From an uncultured Bacteroidota bacterium (lineage in GTDB: Bacteria; Bacteroidota; Bacteroidia; AKYH767-A; OLB10), in the NCBI GenBank assembly GCA_900696575.1, contig CAADHD010000025.1:85753-149752 (forward strand): a DNA stretch of 64,000 nucleotides, in the 5' to 3' direction. The position numbers and the translations under genes are program-made. The notes below the pieces were generated by a model. The model worked only from the letters and a program-made list of their open reading frames with translations, did no database searches and was not told the origin of the DNA. Shown here piece after piece: positions 47,519 through 57,063 of the stretch. Each line of letters begins with the position of its first letter. Within the stretch, counting starts at the first letter, position 1.

Positions 47519-48697
47519 TTAATTGAGAAGTTCAAAAATACCGGCAGCTCCCTGGCCGGTACCAACACACATGGTTACCATTCCGTATTTGTTTTTACGC
47601 CTGCGCATTTCATTAAATAACTGAACGGAAAGCTTGGCTCCGGAACATCCGAGCGGATGGCCTAAGGCAATAGCACCACCGTTTACATTAACGATTTCAG
47701 GTTTCAAATCAAGTTTTCTGATTACAGCCAGTGACTGCGATGCAAATGCTTCATTCAATTCTATCAATTCGATATTGTTAAGCTTTAAACCGGAAGATTT
47801 AACGGCAGCAGGAATAGCTTCAACAGGTCCAATTCCCATAATTCGCGGTTCAACACCTGCAACCGCATAGCTCATTAACCGTGCAACTGGTTTAACATTG
47901 AGTTTCTTCAACATGGTCTCTGATACAATCAGCACAAAAGCAGCTCCATCGCTGGTCTGAGAGGAATTGCCTGCGGTAATGCTTCCATTAGCTGCAAACA
48001 CCGGTTTTAGTTGTGCAAGTTTTTCCGGTGATGTATCGGCACGCGGGCCTTCATCCGTATCGGCTATAAACTCTTTTGATTTTTTCCTGAAATTTTCGTC
48101 AAGATATGTTTCCGTAATCCTTACCGGAACAATTTCATCCTTAAACTTTCCATCTGCAATTGCTTTTATTGCTTTCTGATGCGACTGAAAGGAAAAGACA
48201 TCCTGGTCTTCGCGTTTAACATTAAATTCACTGGCTACTGCTTCTGCCGTTAAACCCATATTCCAGTACCAGTCCGGATTAGTTTTAGCAACATCAGGAT
48301 TTGGCACTATCCGCCAACCGCCAAAAGGAATGGGCGACATGCATTCAGCTCCTCCGGCAATTATACAATGAGACATTCCTGCCTTTATTTTAGCGGTAGC
48401 AATGGCAATCGTTTCAAGGCCTGAGGCACAGTAACGATTTACCGTCATACCGGGCACTTTAACTGTATCAAGCCCCATAAGTGAAACCATTCTGCCCATA
48501 TTCAAGCCCTGCTCTGCTTCGGGCGTAGCATTTCCAACAATGACATCGTCTATTTCGTTCTTATCAAGCGAAGGAATGGAATCAACCAGATGTTTGATGA
48601 CATGAACTGCTAAATCATCAGGCCGGGTAAACCGAAACATTCCGCGCGGAGCTTTTCCAACTGCGCTTCGGAATCCGGCAACAATAAATGCATCCAT
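47519..48697 (-). CDS. acetyl-CoA C-acyltransferase (thiolase)
   Basis: Active-site Cys in VNRYCASGL, the C-terminal GHPLGCSGA and CxG motif CVGTGQG. Confidence 0.85.
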   Translation of the reverse strand: MDAFIVAGFRSAVGKAPRGMFRFTRPDDLAVHVIKHLVDSIPSLDKNEIDDVIVGNATPEAEQGLNMGRMVSLMGLDTVKVPGMTVNRYCASGLETIAIATAKIKAGMSHCIIAGGAECMSPIPFGGWRIVPNPDVAKTNPDWYWNMGLTAEAVASEFNVKREDQDVFSFQSHQKAIKAIADGKFKDEIVPVRITETYLDENFRKKSKEFIADTDEGPRADTSPEKLAQLKPVFAANGSITAGNSSQTSDGAAFVLIVSETMLKKLNVKPVARLMSYAVAGVEPRIMGIGPVEAIPAAVKSSGLKLNNIELIELNEAFASQSLAVIRKLDLKPEIVNVNGGAIALGHPLGCSGAKLSVQLFNEMRRRKNKYGMVTMCVGTGQGAAGIFELLN

Positions 48698-48717
48698 TTA
48701 ATCAGGTATTAAAAAAA

Positions 48718-49398
48718 TTATTTGGGTTGTTCAGGTTTTACTTGAGTAGGCGGAGAGGGTGTTTGAACGGGAGGTTGATTTCTTTTTGCTTTTTCTTCTG
48801 CTGCTTTTTTGGCATCTGCTGCTTTTTTGGCTTCAGCCGCTTTAGCAGCTTCTACGGTTTTAACATCCTGCCCGTCTTTATACGTGATGGTTTGAACCTG
48901 CTCGCCTTTCCGGTTGTAAAACTTCCATTCTCCATCTTTCACATTATTCTTAAAGGCTCCTGTATTTCTTACTTGCCCATCGCTGTAATAGGATGTCCAT
49001 ACTCCGTTCTTTTTTCCATTGGCATACTCCCCTTCCAAACGAATCTGGCCGTTGTAATAATACCTGCGGTATGCGCCTTCTTTAATCCCATTCTGATATT
49101 CTGTCTCTTCCTGAATTTTGTTATAGGGATAGTACTTTTTTGACAGGCCGTGGCGGATATCATCCACATATTCAATTTCCTGTGTAATATCGCCCATAGC
49201 ATTGTAAAACTTCCAAACACCTTGCCTCCTGCTCAGCTCATCAAGTCGGTTACGATGCTTTTCCTTTCCGGGCGCATACTTTGGTTTCTCTTCAAACTGG
49301 GCTGTAACAATAAGTGGAAATACAATTAAAAGTAACAACAACTTCAGGAGGTGTTTCATATCAGAAAATGCGGTTGATTGATGGGGTAAAAGTAACAA
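48718..49398 (-). CDS. MORN-repeat (YwqK-like) secreted protein with a Lys/Ala-rich C-terminal tail
   Basis: Signal peptide, repeated G-x-W-x-x-Y-Y-x-x-G motifs and the tail EAAKAAEAKKAADAKKAAEEKAKR. Confidence 0.6.
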   Translation of the reverse strand: MLLLPHQSTAFSDMKHLLKLLLLLIVFPLIVTAQFEEKPKYAPGKEKHRNRLDELSRRQGVWKFYNAMGDITQEIEYVDDIRHGLSKKYYPYNKIQEETEYQNGIKEGAYRRYYYNGQIRLEGEYANGKKNGVWTSYYSDGQVRNTGAFKNNVKDGEWKFYNRKGEQVQTITYKDGQDVKTVEAAKAAEAKKAADAKKAAEEKAKRNQPPVQTPSPPTQVKPEQPK

Positions 49399-49618
49399 TT
49401 CAGAACAACTGTGAAACGAATCAGAAATGTTGTTTTAAATAGGATTTTTAACAGAGTTACTAACCTGCCATTAAAACATTTGCAGGACTGTAAAATCACC
49501 TTTGTATTTTATTGATTTAAACCCATTCCTGACCTTTTTGATTTATTGTTGCCATAAGTTCTGATTTGAATCATTATTACAATTGTATTTTTCAGCTTAC
49601 TTTGGGCATTCATTAAAT

Positions 49619-51295
49619 ATGAAAAACACCATCACTTTATCGCTTTTGTTTTTCGGATGTTTATTTTCTTACGGGCAACCTTTTTCCAACCCGATGCCTG
49701 TACCACCCTTAATATCCGGCAACCAGTTCAATCTTACCATAGCACCCGGTTCAAAGCAGTTTTATCCGGGTATAAATACGAGTAATTTATTTCTGATAAA
49801 CGGAAATTACTTAGGTCCTACCCTTGAATTTATTCAAAATGACACGGTAGAGATTGATGTAGTTAACAACCTTAATGTAAACACCACCGTGCATTGGCAT
49901 GGCCTGCATGTGCCTGCTGTTTATGACGGAGGTCCTCATATCGAAATTCCTGCCGGAACTACCTGGACACCCCGATTCAAAGTGCTGAATAAAGCTGCTA
50001 CTTACTGGTATCATGCCCATACTCACATGCTTACTCAAAGTCATGTAACCCGCGGAATGGCAGGTTTCATCATTGTCAGAGATACAGAAGAAGCTCAGTT
50101 AAATCTGCCGCGCACTTATGGGGTGGATGATTTTCCGGTTGTAATACAAGACAGACGCTACAGCCCTTCCGGTAATTTTCAATTAGCGGCCTTAGGCGAT
50201 TCGGTTTTAATAAACGGAACAGCAAATGCATTTCTTGATTTACCGGCACAGGTAATAAGACTTCGATTGCTCAACGGCTCCAATGCCCGTGTGTACAATA
50301 TCGGCTTCAGCGATAACCGCTCCTTTCAGGTTATTGCTTCTGATGGCAGCCTTTTTAATCAGCCTGCCACTTTAAACAGATTGGTAATTAGCAATGGGGA
50401 GCGCTTTGAAATTCTCCTTGACCTGACCGGCCAGCAGGGAACTGGTTTTACCATGTGGAGTTATGCTACGGAAATGATGACTGATATACCCGGTGCCGTG
50501 CAGGGAATGGGTATGGACAACAGTTACCTTAATGGCATTGACTTCCCGCTTTTTCAGATTAATGTTGTTGCCCCTACGGCAAACCCTGTTACTTCAGTTC
50601 CGGCAACACTTATAAATATCCCTCCTGTTGACACAAGCGGAACCTCACGGATTAGATTTAAAACACTTTCAGGACAGGGAATGGTAAGCATGGGTAATTT
50701 TTTTATTGCCGGACAGCAGTTCGACATAAATGTAATTAACGATACCATCATCCTTAATGATAAAGAACTGTGGGAGTTTGTGAATGTTTCAAACCTTGCC
50801 CACCCTATGCATTTGCACGATATTCAGTTCAGAGTTCTTCAACGCAATGGAAATCCTCCTCCCCTGCATGAGTCAGGTTGGAAGGATGTTGTATTGGTTC
50901 ATTCTATGGAAAGCGTAAAACTTTCTATGCGCTTCGAAACTTACAGTAACGATACCATTCCCTATATGTATCACTGCCATAACCTGGCCCATGAAGATAT
51001 GGGAATGATGCTATCTTTTGCAGTGATTGATACTTCCGGAGTTTCAACTGTTCAGCAAATCAACGGACAAGCTTTTTCAGTTTCATACACTGACAATGAC
51101 TGGATAATCAGGCATGACCTAAAAGGAAAATTAATTGTTGACATAATGGATGTTTCAGGAAGAATCATTTCAAGTTTTAAATTATCTGAGAAAGAAGAAA
51201 CCATCCGCATTCCCTGTCATACCCTTCCGCATGGAGTCTATTTGATCCGTATTCGGCACTCAACCGGCACATCAACCCTTAAAACTGTGAAATAA
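49619..51295 (+). CDS. T9SS-secreted multicopper oxidase
   Basis: Copper-binding motifs HWHGLHVP and HCHNLAHEDMGMM, with a T9SS CTD at the C-terminus. The start was set at the Met before the signal peptide (MKNTITLSLLFFG). Confidence 0.8.
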   Translation: MKNTITLSLLFFGCLFSYGQPFSNPMPVPPLISGNQFNLTIAPGSKQFYPGINTSNLFLINGNYLGPTLEFIQNDTVEIDVVNNLNVNTTVHWHGLHVPAVYDGGPHIEIPAGTTWTPRFKVLNKAATYWYHAHTHMLTQSHVTRGMAGFIIVRDTEEAQLNLPRTYGVDDFPVVIQDRRYSPSGNFQLAALGDSVLINGTANAFLDLPAQVIRLRLLNGSNARVYNIGFSDNRSFQVIASDGSLFNQPATLNRLVISNGERFEILLDLTGQQGTGFTMWSYATEMMTDIPGAVQGMGMDNSYLNGIDFPLFQINVVAPTANPVTSVPATLINIPPVDTSGTSRIRFKTLSGQGMVSMGNFFIAGQQFDINVINDTIILNDKELWEFVNVSNLAHPMHLHDIQFRVLQRNGNPPPLHESGWKDVVLVHSMESVKLSMRFETYSNDTIPYMYHCHNLAHEDMGMMLSFAVIDTSGVSTVQQINGQAFSVSYTDNDWIIRHDLKGKLIVDIMDVSGRIISSFKLSEKEETIRIPCHTLPHGVYLIRIRHSTGTSTLKTVK

Positions 51296-51310
51296 TTTTT
51301 TCTTTGCCGT

Positions 51311-52453
51311 GTGCTGCCACGGATTCTTTTCTACTTTTTATTAATAAGTTTTTGCAATGCCTCAGCCCAGAATTATGTTCAGGCCGGACTGCTGACAGGA
51401 AGAATTATTGAGAATCATCCCGGTTTTCCTGAAGTAAAAAACTTTTCAGCAGGCATGGAATTACGGGCAGGCAGTAAACTGAATGGCCGAAAACCATGGC
51501 ACCGGTCTTATAAATATGCAGATGCCGGGGTAGCTTTTACTTATGGCAGTATTGGTAATTCCGAAATTCTGGGCAGCTACTTTTCTGTTATTCCTGAACT
51601 AACCATCCCATGGAAAGAGCCGGGCAGATGGAAAACATCCGTATCGCTTGGACTGGGCGCTGCCTGTTTTAACAAACCATTTGACAAGTTAACCAACCGT
51701 GAAAACATTGTAATTGGTTCGCGTTTTTCATTTTGTGCCAACGCAGCTTTCAATGCTGAATATGGTTTGAATAAAAGCTGGTTTTTTTGCATACGCCCTC
51801 AGATTTATCATGCGTCAAATTCACATTCGAACCTGCCGAATGTCGGCATGAATCTCCCGGTCTTGACTGCCGGAGTGAAATACCGGTTTGAAGAAAAGGA
51901 TAAAATCATTCCCGATTCAGCACGGAGTTTTAATGATAAAATTTATTTCACCATCCGTGCAGGACTTGGATACAATCAATTCGGAGGGACAACGGGCCCT
52001 GGCGGACCCTACTATCCGATCTATCTTGTTTCGTTGCTGGTGACTAAAAAACTTTCTTTGGTCAACAAAATTCAAACAGGAATCGAAGCCTGGTATAATA
52101 CCGGAGTGTATGAGTTTATTCTCAGTCAGGATTTTTATAAAGAAAATCAACGGCAAAAAAGTTATTCCATGGCCTGGATTGCCGGGCATGAATTCCTGAT
52201 GGGGCATATCAGTCTGGTAACACAAGGAGGAATTTACCTTTATCATCCCTTTTACCGCGACCGGCTTAAACGTTTTGAATCTTACACCATGAAAGAAAAA
52301 CTGAAAACCATTTTTCCTGCCCGCATCGGATTGCAGTATTATATGTATGACGAAACCGCTCGCACAAAAAACAATCTCTTCATCGGGGTTTACATTAAAA
52401 CTAATCTTGGCCAAGCCGATTTTATGGATACAGGAATCGGGTATCGTTTCTGA
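51311..52453 (+). CDS. hypothetical outer-membrane protein (possibly acyloxyacyl-hydrolase / lipid A deacylase-like barrel)
   Basis: Signal peptide, a beta-rich sequence and a C-terminal aromatic residue. The functional call is weak. Confidence 0.35.
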   Translation: MLPRILFYFLLISFCNASAQNYVQAGLLTGRIIENHPGFPEVKNFSAGMELRAGSKLNGRKPWHRSYKYADAGVAFTYGSIGNSEILGSYFSVIPELTIPWKEPGRWKTSVSLGLGAACFNKPFDKLTNRENIVIGSRFSFCANAAFNAEYGLNKSWFFCIRPQIYHASNSHSNLPNVGMNLPVLTAGVKYRFEEKDKIIPDSARSFNDKIYFTIRAGLGYNQFGGTTGPGGPYYPIYLVSLLVTKKLSLVNKIQTGIEAWYNTGVYEFILSQDFYKENQRQKSYSMAWIAGHEFLMGHISLVTQGGIYLYHPFYRDRLKRFESYTMKEKLKTIFPARIGLQYYMYDETARTKNNLFIGVYIKTNLGQADFMDTGIGYRF

Positions 52454-52475
52454 AACAGAGAATCCACCATTATCA

Positions 52476-52511
52476 GAATAAAACAAAAGCCCCACCGGTT
52501 AAGATGGGGCT
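52476..52511 (-). terminator. rho-independent terminator of rplS
   Basis: On the minus strand, a stem GCCCCA / UGGGGC with a 10-nt loop, followed by UUUUGUUUUAUU. Confidence 0.6.
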
Positions 52512-52531
52512 GATGTTAACAATGGTATCTG

Positions 52532-52918
52532 CTAAGAAACAACTGTTTCGGTTTCGTTGGCCACGGCTGCACGCTTTTCTTCGATACGCGCTGCTTTGCC
52601 ACTGTATTTACGCAGGTAGAAAATTCTGGCTCTGCGTACTTTTCCGCGTTTGTTCACTTCAATTTTTGAAATTTTGGGACTGAACAACGGAAATATCCTT
52701 TCAACACCCACCCCATGCGACATTTTACGGACTGTAAAAGTTTGCGTAGCTCCTTGTCCCTTGCGTTGTAATACCACGCCCTGGAACTGCTGCTCGCGCT
52801 CTTTGTTACCTTCAATGATTTTGTAAAAAACAGTAATTGTATCTCCTGCTTTAAAATCAGGTTTTGATTCCTGATTAATAGCGGCATTCTCGGCCACCTT
52901 CATTAAATCTACCTTCAT
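52532..52918 (-). CDS. rplS: 50S ribosomal protein L19
   Basis: Conserved L19 core (FKAGDTI...[14 protein letters not shown]...GVERIFPL). Confidence 0.9.
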   Translation of the reverse strand: MKVDLMKVAENAAINQESKPDFKAGDTITVFYKIIEGNKEREQQFQGVVLQRKGQGATQTFTVRKMSHGVGVERIFPLFSPKISKIEVNKRGKVRRARIFYLRKYSGKAARIEEKRAAVANETETVVS

Positions 52919-53084
52919 GTCTTTAAAAGTTTTGTGATTATCAAAATGCGTGTGTTCTGTGAAAAGGACTGCAAGTTTAAGTCATTTTGATGGTTCGGCC
53001 ATCTTTTTCAATGAAAAAATAATTGAACAGACAGTCTTCTGTGACCTTATTTAAATTGAATAAAATAATTTATACTATTGATTT

Positions 53085-53762
53085 TTAGCTATTTAGTAAG
53101 TCAGGCCTTCTTTTTTTAGTGCGATTAACAGCCTGTTCATACCTCCATGCAGTTATATTTTGCTCATGGCCCGAAAGCAGGACATCCGGAACTTTCATTC
53201 CCCTGAAATCAGCCGGACGGGAATAGACCGGTGGAGATATCAAATCATCCTGAAACGAGTCGCTTAACGCTGATGTTTCATCATTAATGACCCCCGGTAT
53301 AAGCCTGATGGCGGCATCACACACTACTACGGCTGCCGGCTCTCCACCGCTTAATACATAGTCGCCTATAGAAATTTCTTTTGTTATAAAATGTTGGCGG
53401 AACCTTTCATCTATTCCTTTATAATGCCCGCAAAATAAAATCAGATTGCTTTTAAGCGAAAGCTGATTGGCCATTGACTGATTGAACAGTTCTCCATCAG
53501 GTGTCAGGTAAATCACCTCATCATATTTTCTCTTCTGCTGTAAATCTTCAAGACAAAGAACCAGAGGTTCAATCATCATGACCATACCTGCTCCACCGCC
53601 ATACTGATAATCATCAACACTTCGGTGTTTGTCGGTGGCATAATCGCGGAGGTTAATAAGGTTAATCGAAACCAGATTGGCCTGAACTGCTCTTTTCAAA
53701 ATAGAATGTTCAAAGGCTCCGGCAAACAGCCCTGGATGAATGGTTACAATGTCAATATGCAT
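53085..53762 (-). CDS. trmD: tRNA (guanine37-N1)-methyltransferase
   Basis: [14 protein letters not shown]-terminus and the SPOUT-fold motifs. It is upstream of rplS, as in the rimM-trmD-rplS operon. Confidence 0.9.
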   Translation of the reverse strand: MHIDIVTIHPGLFAGAFEHSILKRAVQANLVSINLINLRDYATDKHRSVDDYQYGGGAGMVMMIEPLVLCLEDLQQKRKYDEVIYLTPDGELFNQSMANQLSLKSNLILFCGHYKGIDERFRQHFITKEISIGDYVLSGGEPAAVVVCDAAIRLIPGVINDETSALSDSFQDDLISPPVYSRPADFRGMKVPDVLLSGHEQNITAWRYEQAVNRTKKRRPDLLNS

Positions 53763-53826
53763 AAATACTTCAATAAAAAATGGCTGCCGGTTAATTGACA
53801 GCCATTTAGATGATCAATGTGTTATG

Positions 53827-55377
53827 TTACTCAATGACTAATTTACTTACTGAAAGCCCGGCATCTGATATTACTTTAACAAAATAAATACCTGAACTAA
53901 GGGCAGTACAATTCAACTGTTTGGAAAAAACATTAACCTTATCCAATAATCTAACTGTTTTTCCTGAAGCATCACACATTTCAATTCTGCTGATAACTCC
54001 TTTTGTGCTATTTATGTTTATCGTTTGGTCTTTGCTTACCAAAGAAGGATAAATGGTAATTCCAGTATTGGCTGCCTGAATTTCGCTAATGCTTGTTGGC
54101 AGATTCAGACAGTAAACAATACGTGGATTCAAATAGCCCATAATGGTATCAATGTAGGCCATGGCTTTGGCTTTGCTCATATCGGGATTGGTAAGCAAGG
54201 CATTTGAATAATACACAGCCGCCTGGCTGGCCGGTATTCCATATTGAGCAGCTCCAGCAATAGTGGCTGTAGAGTCAAACCATTCCCATGGGCCTGCCTG
54301 CACCGGGGGAATGGTAGCAAAAGGATATAATCCGTCATTACCATTATTGAGGGTGTTAGCCTGGGTGGTATAAACATCGGTAAAACCGGCATTGATAAAA
54401 CAGTCATTATTTCCAAGAGCATTAGCCATTGGAATAAAAGCACCGGAACCGCTTACTTCAACAACAATTTGCGGAGGATTGCCGGGCACATAAACAATAC
54501 CGTTACCATAAGGTGCAAACGGGTCGCCAATGACATGCATGGCCACCATGGGAGCATCACCGGCTTCAAGAAAACTGCTGTCGCCAATTGCGCCCCCCAT
54601 ATTAAAGGCAAACTGAATGTTATTCGGAAATCCGGGTGAGTTATTAGGGTTATTCAACTGAGGGATGCCTCCATAACCGTCAAAATCGCCAAGCAGAGCC
54701 TGATTAACATACGATTGTCCGGCTACAAAACCATAAGTCGGCTCGGTGGTACTGCTGATGAATTTGGGCAGATTAATTTCAGCTACTTTATCCAGAGTTG
54801 CATAATTAATGGCTATGTAACCTCCGGTGCCTTGCCCGCCAAGGATAATAGTATTCGGATCAATTTTATAGGTGTTGGCACCGGCTGCTTCTGCCCTGAA
54901 AAACCTTACACAAGCTTTGGCATCCTGCACTGCGCGGTAAATTGCAGTGAGAATGGTACCTCTGCGAATATCAAGTGTTGTACCCTGCGGATTCCAGCCA
55001 ACGCGGTAATCCATATTAGCTACAACATATCCGCGTCTTGCCAATCGTTTGCAAATTTCAACAGTTGCGCTGTCGTTACGGCTGCCGGTGGGTGTTTGGT
55101 TTACAAATGGCGGAAGAAAACTGCCGGTGTGCATAAATATAATCAGCGGACGCTGTGTCATAGGATCAGGTGCACCGGCCGGCTCATATACATCACATAT
55201 CAGATCAATCATAGCGGGTGTCGGGGGAGGAAATACGGAAATGTTTTCTCCGTACTTGATGTTGGCTGTTACCTGAACTGAAGGAAATACTTCAGTTAAA
55301 AAGCGTTGTGCAAATGCATTGCCTGATGCAAGTATCAGCATGCATGCAATAAAGTTGTTGAATAATTTTTTTCTCAT
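53827..55377 (-). CDS. T9SS-secreted alpha/beta-hydrolase (carboxylesterase/lipase-like)
   Basis: Signal peptide, an HTGSF oxyanion-region and a GGQGTGG nucleophile-elbow-like motif, with a C-terminal T9SS sorting domain (GIYFVKVISDAG...KLVIE). Confidence 0.7.
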   Translation of the reverse strand: MRKKLFNNFIACMLILASGNAFAQRFLTEVFPSVQVTANIKYGENISVFPPPTPAMIDLICDVYEPAGAPDPMTQRPLIIFMHTGSFLPPFVNQTPTGSRNDSATVEICKRLARRGYVVANMDYRVGWNPQGTTLDIRRGTILTAIYRAVQDAKACVRFFRAEAAGANTYKIDPNTIILGGQGTGGYIAINYATLDKVAEINLPKFISSTTEPTYGFVAGQSYVNQALLGDFDGYGGIPQLNNPNNSPGFPNNIQFAFNMGGAIGDSSFLEAGDAPMVAMHVIGDPFAPYGNGIVYVPGNPPQIVVEVSGSGAFIPMANALGNNDCFINAGFTDVYTTQANTLNNGNDGLYPFATIPPVQAGPWEWFDSTATIAGAAQYGIPASQAAVYYSNALLTNPDMSKAKAMAYIDTIMGYLNPRIVYCLNLPTSISEIQAANTGITIYPSLVSKDQTININSTKGVISRIEMCDASGKTVRLLDKVNVFSKQLNCTALSSGIYFVKVISDAGLSVSKLVIE

Positions 55378-55457
55378 GTTTTTTGGTTTTAAAGTGCGGT
55401 AAAAATAATAAGAATCCAGTTGGCAATGGATGGTTGGTTCTTCAAAAAAAATTTGTT

Positions 55458-55856
55458 TTATGCCAGACGGCTGTAACGGTCAACCAGCAGGTCAAGAAAA
55501 TTCTTTAATGGCTTTTCGGCCATCAGTTTCAGCATGGGATTAAGATCGGCATCAAAGGCAAGCTGCAGAGTAGAGTTGTTCTTACCACTGCTGTTAATGA
55601 CACAATGCAGTTTAAAATCAAACGGTGCCTTACCGTCTCTTTCAATAGTAATGTGTTCGCTCTCCTTCCGTTCAATGATTTTCATTCCTAAAGAAGCCAT
55701 GCCTTTAATGGTGAAACTGCATTGATCAGCAGTTGCCTGCCAATCGGTTACCTGTTCAGGCATGATGTTGCTGAAGTTTCTGAAATCAGAAAGGAAGGAA
55801 TACACTTCAGAAGCAGGTTTGGCTACTTCGCGGATTTCACTTTCTATCCTTGTCAT
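55458..55856 (-). CDS. SRPBCC (polyketide cyclase/dehydrase-like) family protein
   Basis: 132 aa with a Bet v1-like pattern. Confidence 0.7.
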   Translation of the reverse strand: MTRIESEIREVAKPASEVYSFLSDFRNFSNIMPEQVTDWQATADQCSFTIKGMASLGMKIIERKESEHITIERDGKAPFDFKLHCVINSSGKNNSTLQLAFDADLNPMLKLMAEKPLKNFLDLLVDRYSRLA

Positions 55857-55886
55857 CTATTTTAAACGGAAAGTATCAGATAAATT

Positions 55887-56948
55887 TTATCTGCCCATTT
55901 TCTTTAAAAACTTGATGTGCGAAACTACAGCCTGCCTCATGGTTGGCCATTCATGATATGTCAATCCATGATCGCGACAGGTAGCTCTTACTATTTCGCT
56001 AAGTTTCGGATAATGCACATGTGAAATTTGCGGAAACAGGTGATGTTCAATCTGGTAATTCAATCCGCCTGTAAAGAAAGTAATGAGAGGGTGGCCTGTA
56101 GCAAAATTGGCGGTGGTTTTTACCTGATGCGTTGCCCAGTCGTATTGTAAAGTATTTTCATTTTCAGGGTTGAAGAATTCAGGACCTTCTACTCCATGAG
56201 CTAATTGAAAAATAACGCTGATGATCAATCCGGTAGTAAAGGTAAAAATCATGAAACCAATAATAAAGTGTCCGGTCTTTATAAAAAACAATGGGAGCAC
56301 TATGAAGACTCCGATATAAGCTAACTTGGTAAACCAGAAACCTACATGCTGGCTAAAGGTCATTTTTATATTTTCCTTTCCACCAATACGCCTGCGGAAA
56401 TACTTTACAAAATCAAGATACAACACCCAGGCAAGGTACATCAAACCATAAGCGATAACCCAATAAATATGCTGAAAACGCTGAAACCAATAGGTTTTTT
56501 GCGATGACTGCATACGGATGAATGGCTCGTTTTCTATGTCGTCATCATGTCCTTCAACATTAGTAAAAGTATGATGCAACTGATTGTGTTTTATATTCCA
56601 AAGGAAGGCGCTGCCGCCAAGCATGTTTAGCGTAAGCGCTGCCAATCTGTTTATTTTTTTATTTGAAGAGAGGCTTCCATGACCGCCATCGTGCATAATG
56701 TTAAAACCAATGGCTGCAGCTGTTACTCCCAATACCATGCAAAGCAGAATGCTCAACCATGGAGCAGGAGTAAAAAATACAAGCAATGCATAAACACCAA
56801 AAAAGGTAACCAGAAACAAGGCTGCTTTAAAATACAAGTATGCGTTGCCATGTTTGCTTAGTCTGTTCTTTTCAAAGTAAGCATTTACTCTTGTTTTAAG
56901 ATCAGTATAAAACGGTGACTGATTTCCGGGAAATTTTAATGCACTCAT
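55887..56948 (-). CDS. membrane fatty-acid desaturase
   Basis: Three histidine boxes (HDGGHGS, HNQLHH, QIEHHLFP) and four TM helices. Confidence 0.8.
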   Translation of the reverse strand: MSALKFPGNQSPFYTDLKTRVNAYFEKNRLSKHGNAYLYFKAALFLVTFFGVYALLVFFTPAPWLSILLCMVLGVTAAAIGFNIMHDGGHGSLSSNKKINRLAALTLNMLGGSAFLWNIKHNQLHHTFTNVEGHDDDIENEPFIRMQSSQKTYWFQRFQHIYWVIAYGLMYLAWVLYLDFVKYFRRRIGGKENIKMTFSQHVGFWFTKLAYIGVFIVLPLFFIKTGHFIIGFMIFTFTTGLIISVIFQLAHGVEGPEFFNPENENTLQYDWATHQVKTTANFATGHPLITFFTGGLNYQIEHHLFPQISHVHYPKLSEIVRATCRDHGLTYHEWPTMRQAVVSHIKFLKKMGR

Positions 56949-57063
56949 GTTAACTTATATATATTGCAGGTTTGATTTAACGTCTGCAAAGAAATAAACA
57001 CCTTTTTAATTTTAAACATCTCATTGCTCATGTAAAACTAAGTTTTCAAGGATGAACTTTTAA

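Noticed and set aside
52903-52918. Alternative start for rplS at the second Met (MKVAENA)
   Set aside because: Both starts are plausible, and the difference is 5 codons. The longer ORF was kept because neither could be discriminated by RBS inspection, and Bacteroidota lack strong Shine-Dalgarno signals.
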